DNA from: Bacillota bacterium
Lineage (GTDB): Bacteria; Bacillota; Clostridia; Christensenellales; CAMQZB01
NCBI GenBank assembly: GCA_044426045.1
Contig: JAWXUX010000006.1
Coordinates: 50,571 to 114,570, forward strand
Reading direction: 5' to 3'
DNA length: 64,000 nt
In this document: one piece after another, positions 1 through 8,805 of the stretch
How positions within the stretch are numbered: position 1 is the first letter of the stretch
Layout of the letters: every line of letters starts with the position of its first letter
Notes under the pieces: generated by a model
Told to the model about the DNA's origin: nothing
The model's database searches: none
Seen by the model: the letters and a program-made list of their open reading frames with translations, nothing else
Made by a program: the position numbers and the translations under genes

Positions 1-723
1 AATGTTTTTTGTCTTTATATCCATCCATTCTACTATCATGTCAAATACATCCAACTTATCACTAAGACTTTCTTTATCTACTTTCATAAAAAACATTTTT
101 ATTTCCTGCGATAATAATTCAAAATCAAATTTATCTTCATCTTCCTTTTCTTGAAATACATTCTTCAAAAATAAGTAATAATCATTAACATAATTTTGAA
201 CATTCCTCTTAAGCAATGATTCATCATTATTAAATTTTTTAGATATATCTATAGGTTGATAATTCAACTCTATGTTAGTCACATCAATAGTCACAAGATT
301 TTCAATAACCTCTAATAATTGTTCATCCAAATTACAATCGTTCATAGAATCTTTAATTTTAGTTAATTTTAGTAAGCGCAATTTAATTTTACAAAGTTTT
401 TCATACTCTGCTTTAGTCTTACGAAAATCAAATTTATTATGACAATCCTTACACAATGCAATTTTATTATCAAACGACTCACAATTCTCTCCAAGCCGTT
501 CACATCCTTGCAAAGTAATTAGTTCTTGTTCTGTTGGGCTATTAGGATAAATATGAGCTATTTCAAACATTTTTAGATCTGGTTTATCTTGATCAATTTT
601 TTGCAAAGTTTTTCCACAAAGTGGACACTTCTTATCAACTTCTGTTAAAAAAAGACGCAACTGAGACTCTGTTGGTTTTTTTCTTTCTACACAATATTCA
701 TCATCCTTATCATATTTCCCCAT
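1..723 (-). CDS. HNH-motif nuclease-domain protein; its 3' end lies beyond the window (at least 241 aa seen)
   Basis: Absent from the ORF track because it runs off the left edge. ATG at 723-721 follows a GAGGG RBS, and the reverse frame is open to position 1 (checked triplet by triplet). The N-terminus reads MGKYDKDDEY...CPLCG...EIAHIYP...ALCKDCHNKFD, a CxxC..H..CxxCH HNH-type pattern. Confidence 0.6.
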   Translation of the reverse strand, partial: MGKYDKDDEYCVERKKPTESQLRLFLTEVDKKCPLCGKTLQKIDQDKPDLKMFEIAHIYPNSPTEQELITLQGCERLGENCESFDNKIALCKDCHNKFDFRKTKAEYEKLCKIKLRLLKLTKIKDSMNDCNLDEQLLEVIENLVTIDVTNIELNYQPIDISKKFNNDESLLKRNVQNYVNDYYLFLKNVFQEKEDEDKFDFELLSQEIKMFFMKVDKESLSDKLDVFDMIVEWMDIKTKNI

Positions 724-796
724 GATACCCTCACTAAATAAGCTATTTTAACCAATGCGATTGTCAATTTATCCAACTCTTCAATAGTTAATGCAT

Positions 797-1771
797 TTAC
801 AAAATTTGTGCTAACTCCAACGCCACAACTCTTGCAAGTCGCGCTGGCACTGCATTGCCTATCATTTTGTACGCAGCTGTTATATTGGTATATACAAACT
901 CAAATTTATCAGGGAAAGTTTGTATTCTCGCACATTCCCTCACGCTGAGTCTTCTGTATAAATGCTCTCTACCTTCCACAAATATTCTTTTATTTTGTTC
1001 TACAAACTCCATTTTTGGTGCTTGTGGATGCAGTGGTGCGTGCCTTCCGCCTGCTTGGATTGTGAATGACTGTTCATCCCAACCACGCACTCTGTTTCGT
1101 GACATATATATAGTCGAGAAGCCACCTGTCATATATTCGTGGTTTAAGACTTTACAGTCATTACCATTCGTTTTATTCTTTTCAAGTGCTGGCAATACGC
1201 TATCTTTTAGATCACCTATCGCCTCTTGCAATGTTATCTTTTTATCAAATGGTTCTGGAAATTTAAATTTCGCATTGATATCCTTTCTGATACCAATATA
1301 AAATACCCTTTTTCTATCTTGTGGCACTCCATAATCAGCAGCATTGACAAGGTTTATTGTCAGCTTATAACCGCATTCTTCAAACCCTTCAATAATATTC
1401 TTCACCGCATCACTGTGGATATCTGCAAGCATTCCCGACACATTTTCTGCAACAAAGAACTTTGGTTGCTTATCCTTGATGATACGCATATATTCATAAA
1501 ATAATTTACCTCTATCATCATTGATACCTCGTAGTGCTCCTGCTTCGCTCCAGCTTTGACATGGCGGGCCGCCTATTATTCCATCGCAATCTGGAATTTC
1601 TTCCGATTTAATTTTTCTTATATCTCTTGTATCTAATGGCGCAGAGTGGTTTTTTCTATACGTATCCCAAATTTCCTTGTCATATTCATTCGCATATATT
1701 ATTTCAAAACCCGCTTGCTCAAAACCTAAGTCGAGTCCACCTGCACCAGAAAATAAACTTACTATTTTCAT
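797..1771 (-). CDS. DNA (cytosine-5)-methyltransferase, M.HaeIII-like (GGCC specificity predicted)
   Basis: Motif [12 protein letters not shown], motif [11 protein letters not shown], motif VI ENV, motif VIII QDRKRVF, motif X GNAVP. The variable region ([31 protein letters not shown]) closely matches my recollection of M.HaeIII. Confidence 0.93.
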   Translation of the reverse strand: MKIVSLFSGAGGLDLGFEQAGFEIIYANEYDKEIWDTYRKNHSAPLDTRDIRKIKSEEIPDCDGIIGGPPCQSWSEAGALRGINDDRGKLFYEYMRIIKDKQPKFFVAENVSGMLADIHSDAVKNIIEGFEECGYKLTINLVNAADYGVPQDRKRVFYIGIRKDINAKFKFPEPFDKKITLQEAIGDLKDSVLPALEKNKTNGNDCKVLNHEYMTGGFSTIYMSRNRVRGWDEQSFTIQAGGRHAPLHPQAPKMEFVEQNKRIFVEGREHLYRRLSVRECARIQTFPDKFEFVYTNITAAYKMIGNAVPARLARVVALELAQIL

Positions 1772-1814
1772 TTGCTACCTCCTAGCTTAAATATTGCACA
1801 ATACTTTATTAAAG

Positions 1815-2720
1815 TCAACTATAAAGCTTTGTACAATCAAATAAATTATCTTCGCATACGTCATCCGTTGTTACAATATTCAATTCTTTCAATGAATCCA
1901 CCAAAAGTTTCTTAACTTCATTCCCTGCTTTACCAAGTGGATCAGAATATTCAAGACTTCCTATCAATTTATCATTTTCTGTTTTCCAAATAACATAAAC
2001 AGCAAGTGGACGATTACCATCATGCTTATATCGCACATCCGCTTTAGTTCTACAGTTCAATGCTTTACACGCAAAATATAAGTCACCATGCTCTGTTGCA
2101 TACGTTTCCACTGGCACCAAGTTATTGACTACACTTTGAATATCATCCGCAACATCGTGTTCATATAAAATATGAGTTGCGATACCACTGTTAGTAATCT
2201 TTGCGCCACAAACACTCGCATCTTTCTTATCAATAGACAAATTTGTACCTGCATAAATGTCAATCTTTTGACCATCAGTTAAGCATAGTACGCCACTCAA
2301 CTCACCGCTAAGTTTATTCAAAATTTCAAATTTCCAACCAAGAGTGATACATCCATCTTTTGTTTTCCCTTTATCTTGCTGATAAATTAGGAATCTCGCC
2401 TCGAATTTGTCTTTTATTGTGCTTATTGACTCTATCAACACTTGCTTCCAATTAGCACCAAATAGCTGTGCTGCACGTTCAGCATTCATTTTGTTTTCTA
2501 AAAAGTCAGCATTTTCTTGTTTAAACGAAATCTTCAATTCCAACTTTTCGCCGTCAGCTGATTCTCCTAGAATATAAACATCCGTTTTCGGCTCACCTTT
2601 TTTACAAACTGGTTTACCAACTATTTTCACTTCATATTTATTATCCCCGTATTCAAAAGTCTTACCAACAGCAAAAATCTCTTGAATTTTTCTTTCATTC
2701 TCACCAAATTTTACAGCCAT
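1815..2720 (-). CDS. putative type II restriction endonuclease partner of the M.HaeIII-like methyltransferase
   Basis: Lies directly upstream of the MTase on the same strand (43-nt gap). Has a PD-(D/E)xK-like pattern, PKTDVYILGESADGEKLELKISFKQ. I recognise no other family. Confidence 0.5.
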   Translation of the reverse strand: MAVKFGENERKIQEIFAVGKTFEYGDNKYEVKIVGKPVCKKGEPKTDVYILGESADGEKLELKISFKQENADFLENKMNAERAAQLFGANWKQVLIESISTIKDKFEARFLIYQQDKGKTKDGCITLGWKFEILNKLSGELSGVLCLTDGQKIDIYAGTNLSIDKKDASVCGAKITNSGIATHILYEHDVADDIQSVVNNLVPVETYATEHGDLYFACKALNCRTKADVRYKHDGNRPLAVYVIWKTENDKLIGSLEYSDPLGKAGNEVKKLLVDSLKELNIVTTDDVCEDNLFDCTKLYS

Positions 2721-2772
2721 ACTTAGTTACCTCTCAATCATTTTCTATATTATAACATCTTTTTTTAGCAGA

Positions 2773-2811
2773 AACAAGGGTTTTGCAATTTTTCATTACA
2801 AAACCCTTGTT
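2773..2811. other. perfect 13-bp inverted repeat (AACAAGGGTTTTG / CAAAACCCTTGTT) with a 13-nt loop
   Basis: Read directly. Lies between the membrane-protein gene and the R-M module. No U-tract follows it on either strand. Its left arm overlaps the -35 (TTGTTT) of a minus-strand TGtTATAAT promoter for the 1815-2720 gene. Confidence 0.5.
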
Positions 2812-2837
2812 GTTATAATTCATAAATCATTAACATA

Positions 2838-3608
2838 TTAATTATTAATAAATTCTTCACTAATTTTATCTTGATCAGCAATATCATATGTCTGCCTATC
2901 TAAAATCTCTTTTACAGAATTCCATTGAAATTTTCCATTATTAGACAAATCCAAATCTGATAAAAAATTATTTAAACTTTCCAACTGGACATTAGATAAC
3001 GCTACAAGTTTTTTCATCACTGAACGAATTCGCTCATTTTCAGATTTAGGAGTAAATATTTCATTTGTTTGATAATCTCTGTTATACTTTATTATCTTTA
3101 TTTCTTCTTGAATAATAACTGTTTGCAAGTACGTAAAGTTGTTTACATATTCATTTAAATTAGAACATTTATCTCGTCTAAAATCATTTAATTTTGCCAA
3201 CAAAAAATCTTTTTCATTGCATGGTGTATAATCAATTAAGTGAATGTTATTTACAAAACAATTAATTTGCGGCAATCTATTAACGAATAACTCTTTAGGA
3301 ACATACACATCCTTGTGTAAAATGTAACTTTTCAAAATTCCTTGATATAATGATATTTCTATATACAAACTCCTAGCATTATTAAATAGCAAGACTTTCG
3401 AACAATGCTTATTAATCATATATTTTTGAATTTCCAACATTAAAACAATCATTCCACTTGTAAATAAACCTCCAAATACCAATTCTAGAAATGCATTATT
3501 TATCCATACCTTATCAACATCACAATAAACAGAAACTATGTATGTAGCCACAGCAAAAAAGCCTGTAACGATTATTAAAAATTTTATAACTTTTAGATTA
3601 GTTGACAT
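2838..3608 (-). CDS. hypothetical membrane protein (2 N-terminal TM helices plus a helical soluble domain)
   Basis: 256-aa ORF starting 49 nt downstream of the helicase gene. Hydrophobic stretches are IKFLIIVTGFFAVATYIVSV and LELVFGGLFTSGMIVLML. No recognisable family. Confidence 0.6.
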   Translation of the reverse strand: MSTNLKVIKFLIIVTGFFAVATYIVSVYCDVDKVWINNAFLELVFGGLFTSGMIVLMLEIQKYMINKHCSKVLLFNNARSLYIEISLYQGILKSYILHKDVYVPKELFVNRLPQINCFVNNIHLIDYTPCNEKDFLLAKLNDFRRDKCSNLNEYVNNFTYLQTVIIQEEIKIIKYNRDYQTNEIFTPKSENERIRSVMKKLVALSNVQLESLNNFLSDLDLSNNGKFQWNSVKEILDRQTYDIADQDKISEEFINN

Positions 3609-3657
3609 TTATTTCTCCTTCTTACTTTTATTAAGCACTAAATGCTATCTTAATACT

Positions 3658-6600
3658 TCATCTCGCAAAAAAGTCCACCAAGATGTATTTTATGTGGTTA
3701 TATCTTCTTGCATATGTGTTTGGTATTCTTATTAGCTGCAGATTATGTTCATTGCATAGCTGTTGCTTCCTTGCATCCCTCGCTTTCACTAAATCTTCCG
3801 TCAGATGTTCTTTGCCGTCGAGTTCTATTGCTAGGATTGGGTTTTCCATTTTACCTAGTTTTTCATATACCACAAAATCGAACCTGCCTGTATAGAATAG
3901 GTCATCAACATTCTCAGTTGCACTGAATACATGATTTATGGCAACTTCTTTTCTTACTATGTATTTTGCCGATTGCAGGCTCAAATTACAGAGCGCATGA
4001 TTCAAGTTTTCCATGAACGCTTCTTCTGTTTCTGAACTATATGGTTTGATACCGAGTGCTCTAGAACTTGCCACTTTTGAAGTGACTTCCGACTCGCCAT
4101 TTTTTGCGGTATACTGAATAAGTTCGTAAAGGTCATCATCTCCATTATGCAACCTTTGAATGTCTGCTTTGCTAGCCATTATTATCAATTCATCTTTAGC
4201 TCTTGAAGTTGCAACGTTAATAAGTTCTTTATTGTTTTTCAACCAATCATAAGTCTTTTGTGAAGTGTTTTTTGTAACAGCAAGTGAAAAAATGATGGAA
4301 TCCTTTTCATCCCCCTGAAAAGCATGCACTGTTCCACATGTCGCATCTTCAAGACCTTCTTCTTTCAGCCTTTCATTTATTGCATTCTTTTGATTGACAA
4401 ATGGAGTAATAATGCCAACTTTCTTATCTGGATTTTGCTTTACGTATGCTATAACTTCTTCAACCTCATTTGGCGAAGTGTTTCGCTCTGCCGCCACAGC
4501 ACCAGATACATTAATAATTTTAAGTGGCGTATCGCTTTTACCATTACTTTTAATAATAAGTTTATTATTGTAAAATTTCTTATTATTGAAATTGATTATC
4601 TTTCCTGCACATCTATAATGATATTTGAGCAGAACTTCATCGTTTATTGGGTCAGCCTTAAACAGCGTGTGATATATTGAATGCTCCACGTAGTCGTAGT
4701 CATCATTGATACCATACTTCGCTTTTAATTCGGCATTGATTGCCTTATCAAGAACGATAACTGGCTTGAGTTGTTGCGGATCGCCAACTAACATCAAGTC
4801 GTTGCCACGGATTATAGGAACCAACGAAACCGCTATATCACATTGCCCAGCTTCATCCATTATTACTTTATCAAAATAAACCTTTGGTTCTCCAAGTTTT
4901 TGAGCAGCAGTATTAGTGGTTAAAACTATCGGGAATATCTTTATAAGTTTTTGAAATTTCTCATCATCTTTTAAATACTTTTTGAATGAGGCTAATTGTT
5001 CCTTTTCATCTTCCATTTTAAGGATATCCCTAAGATCACTATATCTTGGACTATCTAATTTTTTAAGCATTCCGGCAGTTTTAAAATGCACAAACTTGAA
5101 AAATTCTTTATAATCATAGTCAAAGAGTTCGCCTATACGCTCTTCATCAATTTGACCAATATTTTTTATTTCTTGCTCAACTTTTGTTTTGTGCTTTGTT
5201 TGTAAATCTATATTGAATGGTGACGAGATAGACTTCTTAATTAAAGTATCAATTGCATCTGAACGTTCTTCTAACTCTGTCTTTTCATCATATTTTGCCA
5301 AAATAATAAGTGCCTCTTTTGTGCGTTCTATTTTTTCTTGTTTGTTTACTTCCAGCGCCGATTGAAATATTCTTAACTTTGTCGCTCTGCCATACACTTC
5401 TTTTATGTATTTAATAGCCTCACTCAACTTTTCGTCATTGCCCAATCTTATTACTGGAAAAAGAGCATTTGAATATCCATTAAAACTATATGGAAAATTT
5501 ATCAAATCTTCAAACACCCCATCCACTGGCTTGTTATTATAAGATGAAAATAATACCGTCTTATCATTGAAAAATGCTGTTAGAATAGTATTTATTATAG
5601 TTTGTGTTTTACCCGTTCCTGGCGGTCCTTGAACATATACAATAGGATTTTTTATCGCCTTACTGATTGCTAAAAGCTGCGCAATATTTACCTTATTATT
5701 TTTCAAAACAATTGGATAGTATTTTCTTCTGCGAGATCTATCAGTAAGTTCGCCAAAAAAAGCTTTTATTGGAACTGTAACGTTGTCATCCTCATACATC
5801 TTTAAAATTGCAGCATATTCCTTATCTAAGTCGATAAGATTTTGATAAGCTAGCGCAAAAATATAAGGCAAGTCATTCACCCCTCTTGCAAAGCTGTTTT
5901 TCTTTGTAATCAAATCTTTTATCTCTTCAGCATGGTCATCATAATTTTCAAGCAACGGAAAATCACTCTCATCCAAGAATTGCGTTATTGACATCTTTTC
6001 GCCATTGACTGAAAATTCTTTATTTAAAGTTACAGCATCATTAGGCCTCAAGCGCTTGTTCTTAACATCTAAATTCAAACACCTATACGCAAGCACATAC
6101 AGCCCTTGCTTTGTGTCAATACTGAGCGCATTCATAGCAAGCTGTCCAACATTTATTCTACCTGTTTGTGCTTTATATTGAAATTCGCTAACAATCTTCT
6201 TGAATTGTTCTTCCTTTAATATAAAATCCTGACGTGTTATTATCTCGTCATCCATAAACTCAACCAAAGTGTATTTGTTTATATATGGCAAAGAATCCAA
6301 CTTGTTGCATTTACTCAAATATTTTAAAATTTTAAAGTTTGTTACATTATCAAAAATAGACTTATACTTAGATGGGAATTGAACAATATCATCAACTAAA
6401 TATTTCTTGGAATCCGTTATTGTTCCATCCAAAACAGTGCATGAAACTATACTGTCAAGAAAAACTTGGATTTCACCTACATGCATATCAGAAAGGCGCA
6501 AACCATCTACAGTCAGTTTGTGCTCCTTCACATTTATTTTTTTTATGTCAATCCAATAGTTCTTAATATCACCCGCAACATTCTTATACTCAACCGAAAG

Positions 6601-6660
6601 CCACTTGCGTTCGTTCAAACTCTCAAATATCTTCTTAGCAACATCATTCATATTTGCCAA
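3658..6660 (-). CDS. SF1 (Upf1/DNA2-like) helicase fused to a C-terminal DUF559/Vsr-like (PD-(D/E)xK fold) nuclease domain
   Basis: Walker A VQGPPGTGKTQTI, Walker B IMDEAGQ, then LVGDPQQLKPV, GTVHAFQGDEKDSIIFS and NVATSRAKDELII. The C-terminus reads GRFDFVVYEK..PILAIELDGKEH..ARDARKQQL..LIRI. Confidence 0.85.
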   Translation of the reverse strand: MANMNDVAKKIFESLNERKWLSVEYKNVAGDIKNYWIDIKKINVKEHKLTVDGLRLSDMHVGEIQVFLDSIVSCTVLDGTITDSKKYLVDDIVQFPSKYKSIFDNVTNFKILKYLSKCNKLDSLPYINKYTLVEFMDDEIITRQDFILKEEQFKKIVSEFQYKAQTGRINVGQLAMNALSIDTKQGLYVLAYRCLNLDVKNKRLRPNDAVTLNKEFSVNGEKMSITQFLDESDFPLLENYDDHAEEIKDLITKKNSFARGVNDLPYIFALAYQNLIDLDKEYAAILKMYEDDNVTVPIKAFFGELTDRSRRRKYYPIVLKNNKVNIAQLLAISKAIKNPIVYVQGPPGTGKTQTIINTILTAFFNDKTVLFSSYNNKPVDGVFEDLINFPYSFNGYSNALFPVIRLGNDEKLSEAIKYIKEVYGRATKLRIFQSALEVNKQEKIERTKEALIILAKYDEKTELEERSDAIDTLIKKSISSPFNIDLQTKHKTKVEQEIKNIGQIDEERIGELFDYDYKEFFKFVHFKTAGMLKKLDSPRYSDLRDILKMEDEKEQLASFKKYLKDDEKFQKLIKIFPIVLTTNTAAQKLGEPKVYFDKVIMDEAGQCDIAVSLVPIIRGNDLMLVGDPQQLKPVIVLDKAINAELKAKYGINDDYDYVEHSIYHTLFKADPINDEVLLKYHYRCAGKIINFNNKKFYNNKLIIKSNGKSDTPLKIINVSGAVAAERNTSPNEVEEVIAYVKQNPDKKVGIITPFVNQKNAINERLKEEGLEDATCGTVHAFQGDEKDSIIFSLAVTKNTSQKTYDWLKNNKELINVATSRAKDELIIMASKADIQRLHNGDDDLYELIQYTAKNGESEVTSKVASSRALGIKPYSSETEEAFMENLNHALCNLSLQSAKYIVRKEVAINHVFSATENVDDLFYTGRFDFVVYEKLGKMENPILAIELDGKEHLTEDLVKARDARKQQLCNEHNLQLIRIPNTYARRYNHIKYILVDFFAR

Positions 6661-6680
6661 CCTTATGTCCGTTTTGATAA

Positions 6681-6709
6681 ATTATATCACACTGTGCGAG
6701 TTTTGTAAA
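6681..6709 (-). promoter_or_regulatory. sigma-A-type promoter for the helicase gene
   Basis: The minus strand reads TTTACA-17 nt-TGaTATAAT (extended -10), about 20-50 nt upstream of the ATG at 6660. Confidence 0.5.
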
Positions 6710-6780
6710 TATATAATCGGCTAATTACAAATCACGCAGTCTCAAATAATACAGCAGACAATATATTTAGATAGATTCAG

Positions 6781-7380
6781 TTAAATAACATCAAGCATCT
6801 GCAGATACTTTCTTACAATTTCCAATATTTCATCTGATAATTCAGCAATAACTTTTCTATCCAATTTAATTTTTTCCAACATCTGATTCTTATCATATTG
6901 CTTATCTATATAAATTATCTTTTCACGATTGATTAAATTTCCTGCAAAAACTATTAAACAACGGCATTTTTTATTAAAATCATCATAACTTTCATATATT
7001 TCTTTTGTCATAAATGGAGCATTTTTTCTGCAAAATGAGTTTGCTTCATTATTAATTAGTACTGCTTGTTGATATTTTTGATAATAATCGTCACTATTAG
7101 CTTCACTTTCCTTAAGAATACTACTCAATTCAGTTACAATAAACATCTCTTCTAAAGCTTTATCTGACATCTCTTGATATATCTCAAATTCTTTATCAAA
7201 TCTAACCTTACTAACGTAATTTTTTCTATCGTTATTTGCCTTTTCTTTTTCTAAAATCTTATCTAGCGAAGATTTATATTTTCCTACCACCATTTCTCTT
7301 AGCGGAGGAATTACCATAGGTAAAATTACAACAATAACAATACCAAGTGTCACCTCTAATACATTCTTAATAAAATCCAT
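6781..7380 (-). CDS. hypothetical protein with a single N-terminal TM anchor
   Basis: 199-aa ORF. N-terminus LEVTLGIVIVVILPMVIPPL, followed by a charged helical region. No family recognised. Confidence 0.55.
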   Translation of the reverse strand: MDFIKNVLEVTLGIVIVVILPMVIPPLREMVVGKYKSSLDKILEKEKANNDRKNYVSKVRFDKEFEIYQEMSDKALEEMFIVTELSSILKESEANSDDYYQKYQQAVLINNEANSFCRKNAPFMTKEIYESYDDFNKKCRCLIVFAGNLINREKIIYIDKQYDKNQMLEKIKLDRKVIAELSDEILEIVRKYLQMLDVI

Positions 7381-7434
7381 ACAGCATCCTCGCTTTATCT
7401 TACACTACTTTTTAATTTCTATACTACGACAGTT

Positions 7435-8043
7435 CTATTTGCTATTTTTGTCATCATATCCTTTCAATCCTACTTCTTTTATTCTGTCATATGCCACACA
7501 CTGATCAAGCCATAAATTTATAGCTGTAGAAAAAGACAACACTACGAAAGCAAATATTTCGCAAATCAAACCAATAAAGCAAAATATAATCGTATAGATA
7601 TTAATTGTCTGTGCAATGTATATCTGTACAATTACGCCAGAAAGAATCAAAGGAACTACATATATTGAAGATACTAGAACATATTTTTGATGCTTCCATA
7701 ATTTTATGTATTCATCAATAACCTTTTCTGCATCTTCCCTACTTCCTTTTAATTTAAATTGATTTATACTCTTATTTTGAAACTGATTAGAAACAATCAA
7801 TAACGAAAATACAACTGCTAAAATTATAAGCATAACTTGGATAATTTCCTTTATATCCTCAATATCGTATTCATTCGCACATAAAGAAACTGCCGTCACC
7901 ATAATAAAAAGAATGCCGAAAAAAATTAAAGTCCCATCAAAAAACCTACTAAACAATTTGACTCCTTCAATAGATTTTTTAGCCTCCGATAAATTTGCTT
8001 GACTTAATTTTAAAAATTTCATTTTTCTTAACAACTTTTTCAT
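7435..8043 (-). CDS. hypothetical polytopic membrane protein (about 4 TM)
   Basis: 202-aa ORF with four hydrophobic segments (for example LIFFGILFIMVTAVSL and IIFCFIGLICEIFAFVVLSF). Starts 15 nt downstream of the 114-aa ORF. Confidence 0.55.
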   Translation of the reverse strand: MKKLLRKMKFLKLSQANLSEAKKSIEGVKLFSRFFDGTLIFFGILFIMVTAVSLCANEYDIEDIKEIIQVMLIILAVVFSLLIVSNQFQNKSINQFKLKGSREDAEKVIDEYIKLWKHQKYVLVSSIYVVPLILSGVIVQIYIAQTINIYTIIFCFIGLICEIFAFVVLSFSTAINLWLDQCVAYDRIKEVGLKGYDDKNSK

Positions 8044-8058
8044 ATATTTTATCCCAAC

Positions 8059-8403
8059 TTACTCGTTATTTAATTTTAATTGCTGTGCACTTAATTCACA
8101 AATTTTAAGCATCTCTCGTGACTCATTTGCGTTAAAATCTGCTTTATCAAAATAACTTGTATACAAAGCATTTAACTCACAGAACTTCCCTAAAACTTCA
8201 TCTTCTCCATCCGATAACAAGCACAAAAAGCAACTAATTGTGTTATGCATATATCTGTTGATTTTTTCCATCTCTTTATCACCAATCGCTGTTCCATCTG
8301 CATGGTAATCTTCAATTGGACCACTTCGAAAAGCAAAATTACAAATAGCTTTCGAAACCATCTCTCTATATGCCTCATTTTTAATTTTCTCTCTTAAATC
8401 CAT
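8059..8403 (-). CDS. hypothetical soluble protein
   Basis: 114-aa ORF with AAAGGAG RBS. It is the first gene behind a consensus promoter. No family recognised. Confidence 0.5.
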   Translation of the reverse strand: MDLREKIKNEAYREMVSKAICNFAFRSGPIEDYHADGTAIGDKEMEKINRYMHNTISCFLCLLSDGEDEVLGKFCELNALYTSYFDKADFNANESREMLKICELSAQQLKLNNE

Positions 8404-8427
8404 GAGTCACTCCTTTTATATAGCATT

Positions 8428-8456
8428 ATTATAACATAGCTACATCTATTAGTAAA
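8428..8456 (-). promoter_or_regulatory. sigma-A-type promoter for the 8403-6781 three-gene block
   Basis: The minus strand reads TTTACT-17 nt-TGtTATAAT. Confidence 0.5.
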
Positions 8457-8712
8457 TAGTTTTTATTATTTTGCATACAGAATTTATGCTTCCGATTCCC
8501 AAGCATAATTAACCACGCAAACCTAGATAGCTTTAGTTTGTTTATTTATAATCTTCTTCACTTAACTAACTAGAGTATATAGTTTTTTTCTTGTATCAAC
8601 TATATCATCTTTCTTAAATTCAAAAAGACTCAATCAATAACAATGGACTTTTTCTTAGTAGTTTGCAGTGTTAAGTACTAGGAAATGATACTTGTGAATT
8701 TTGGGCGAAATG

Positions 8713-8749
8713 GCAAAAAAAAATGGTGGAAAAGTCAAAAGACTTTTCC
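8713..8749 (-). terminator. rho-independent terminator downstream of the P-loop NTPase gene
   Basis: Minus strand: GGAAAAGTC-TTTT-GACTTTTCC hairpin followed by ACCATTTTTTTTT. Confidence 0.6.
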
Positions 8750-8805
8750 GCCAACTTTAATGTCTCCTTGCCGTGACTTGAATGTAATAAATATACCAAA
8801 TATAA

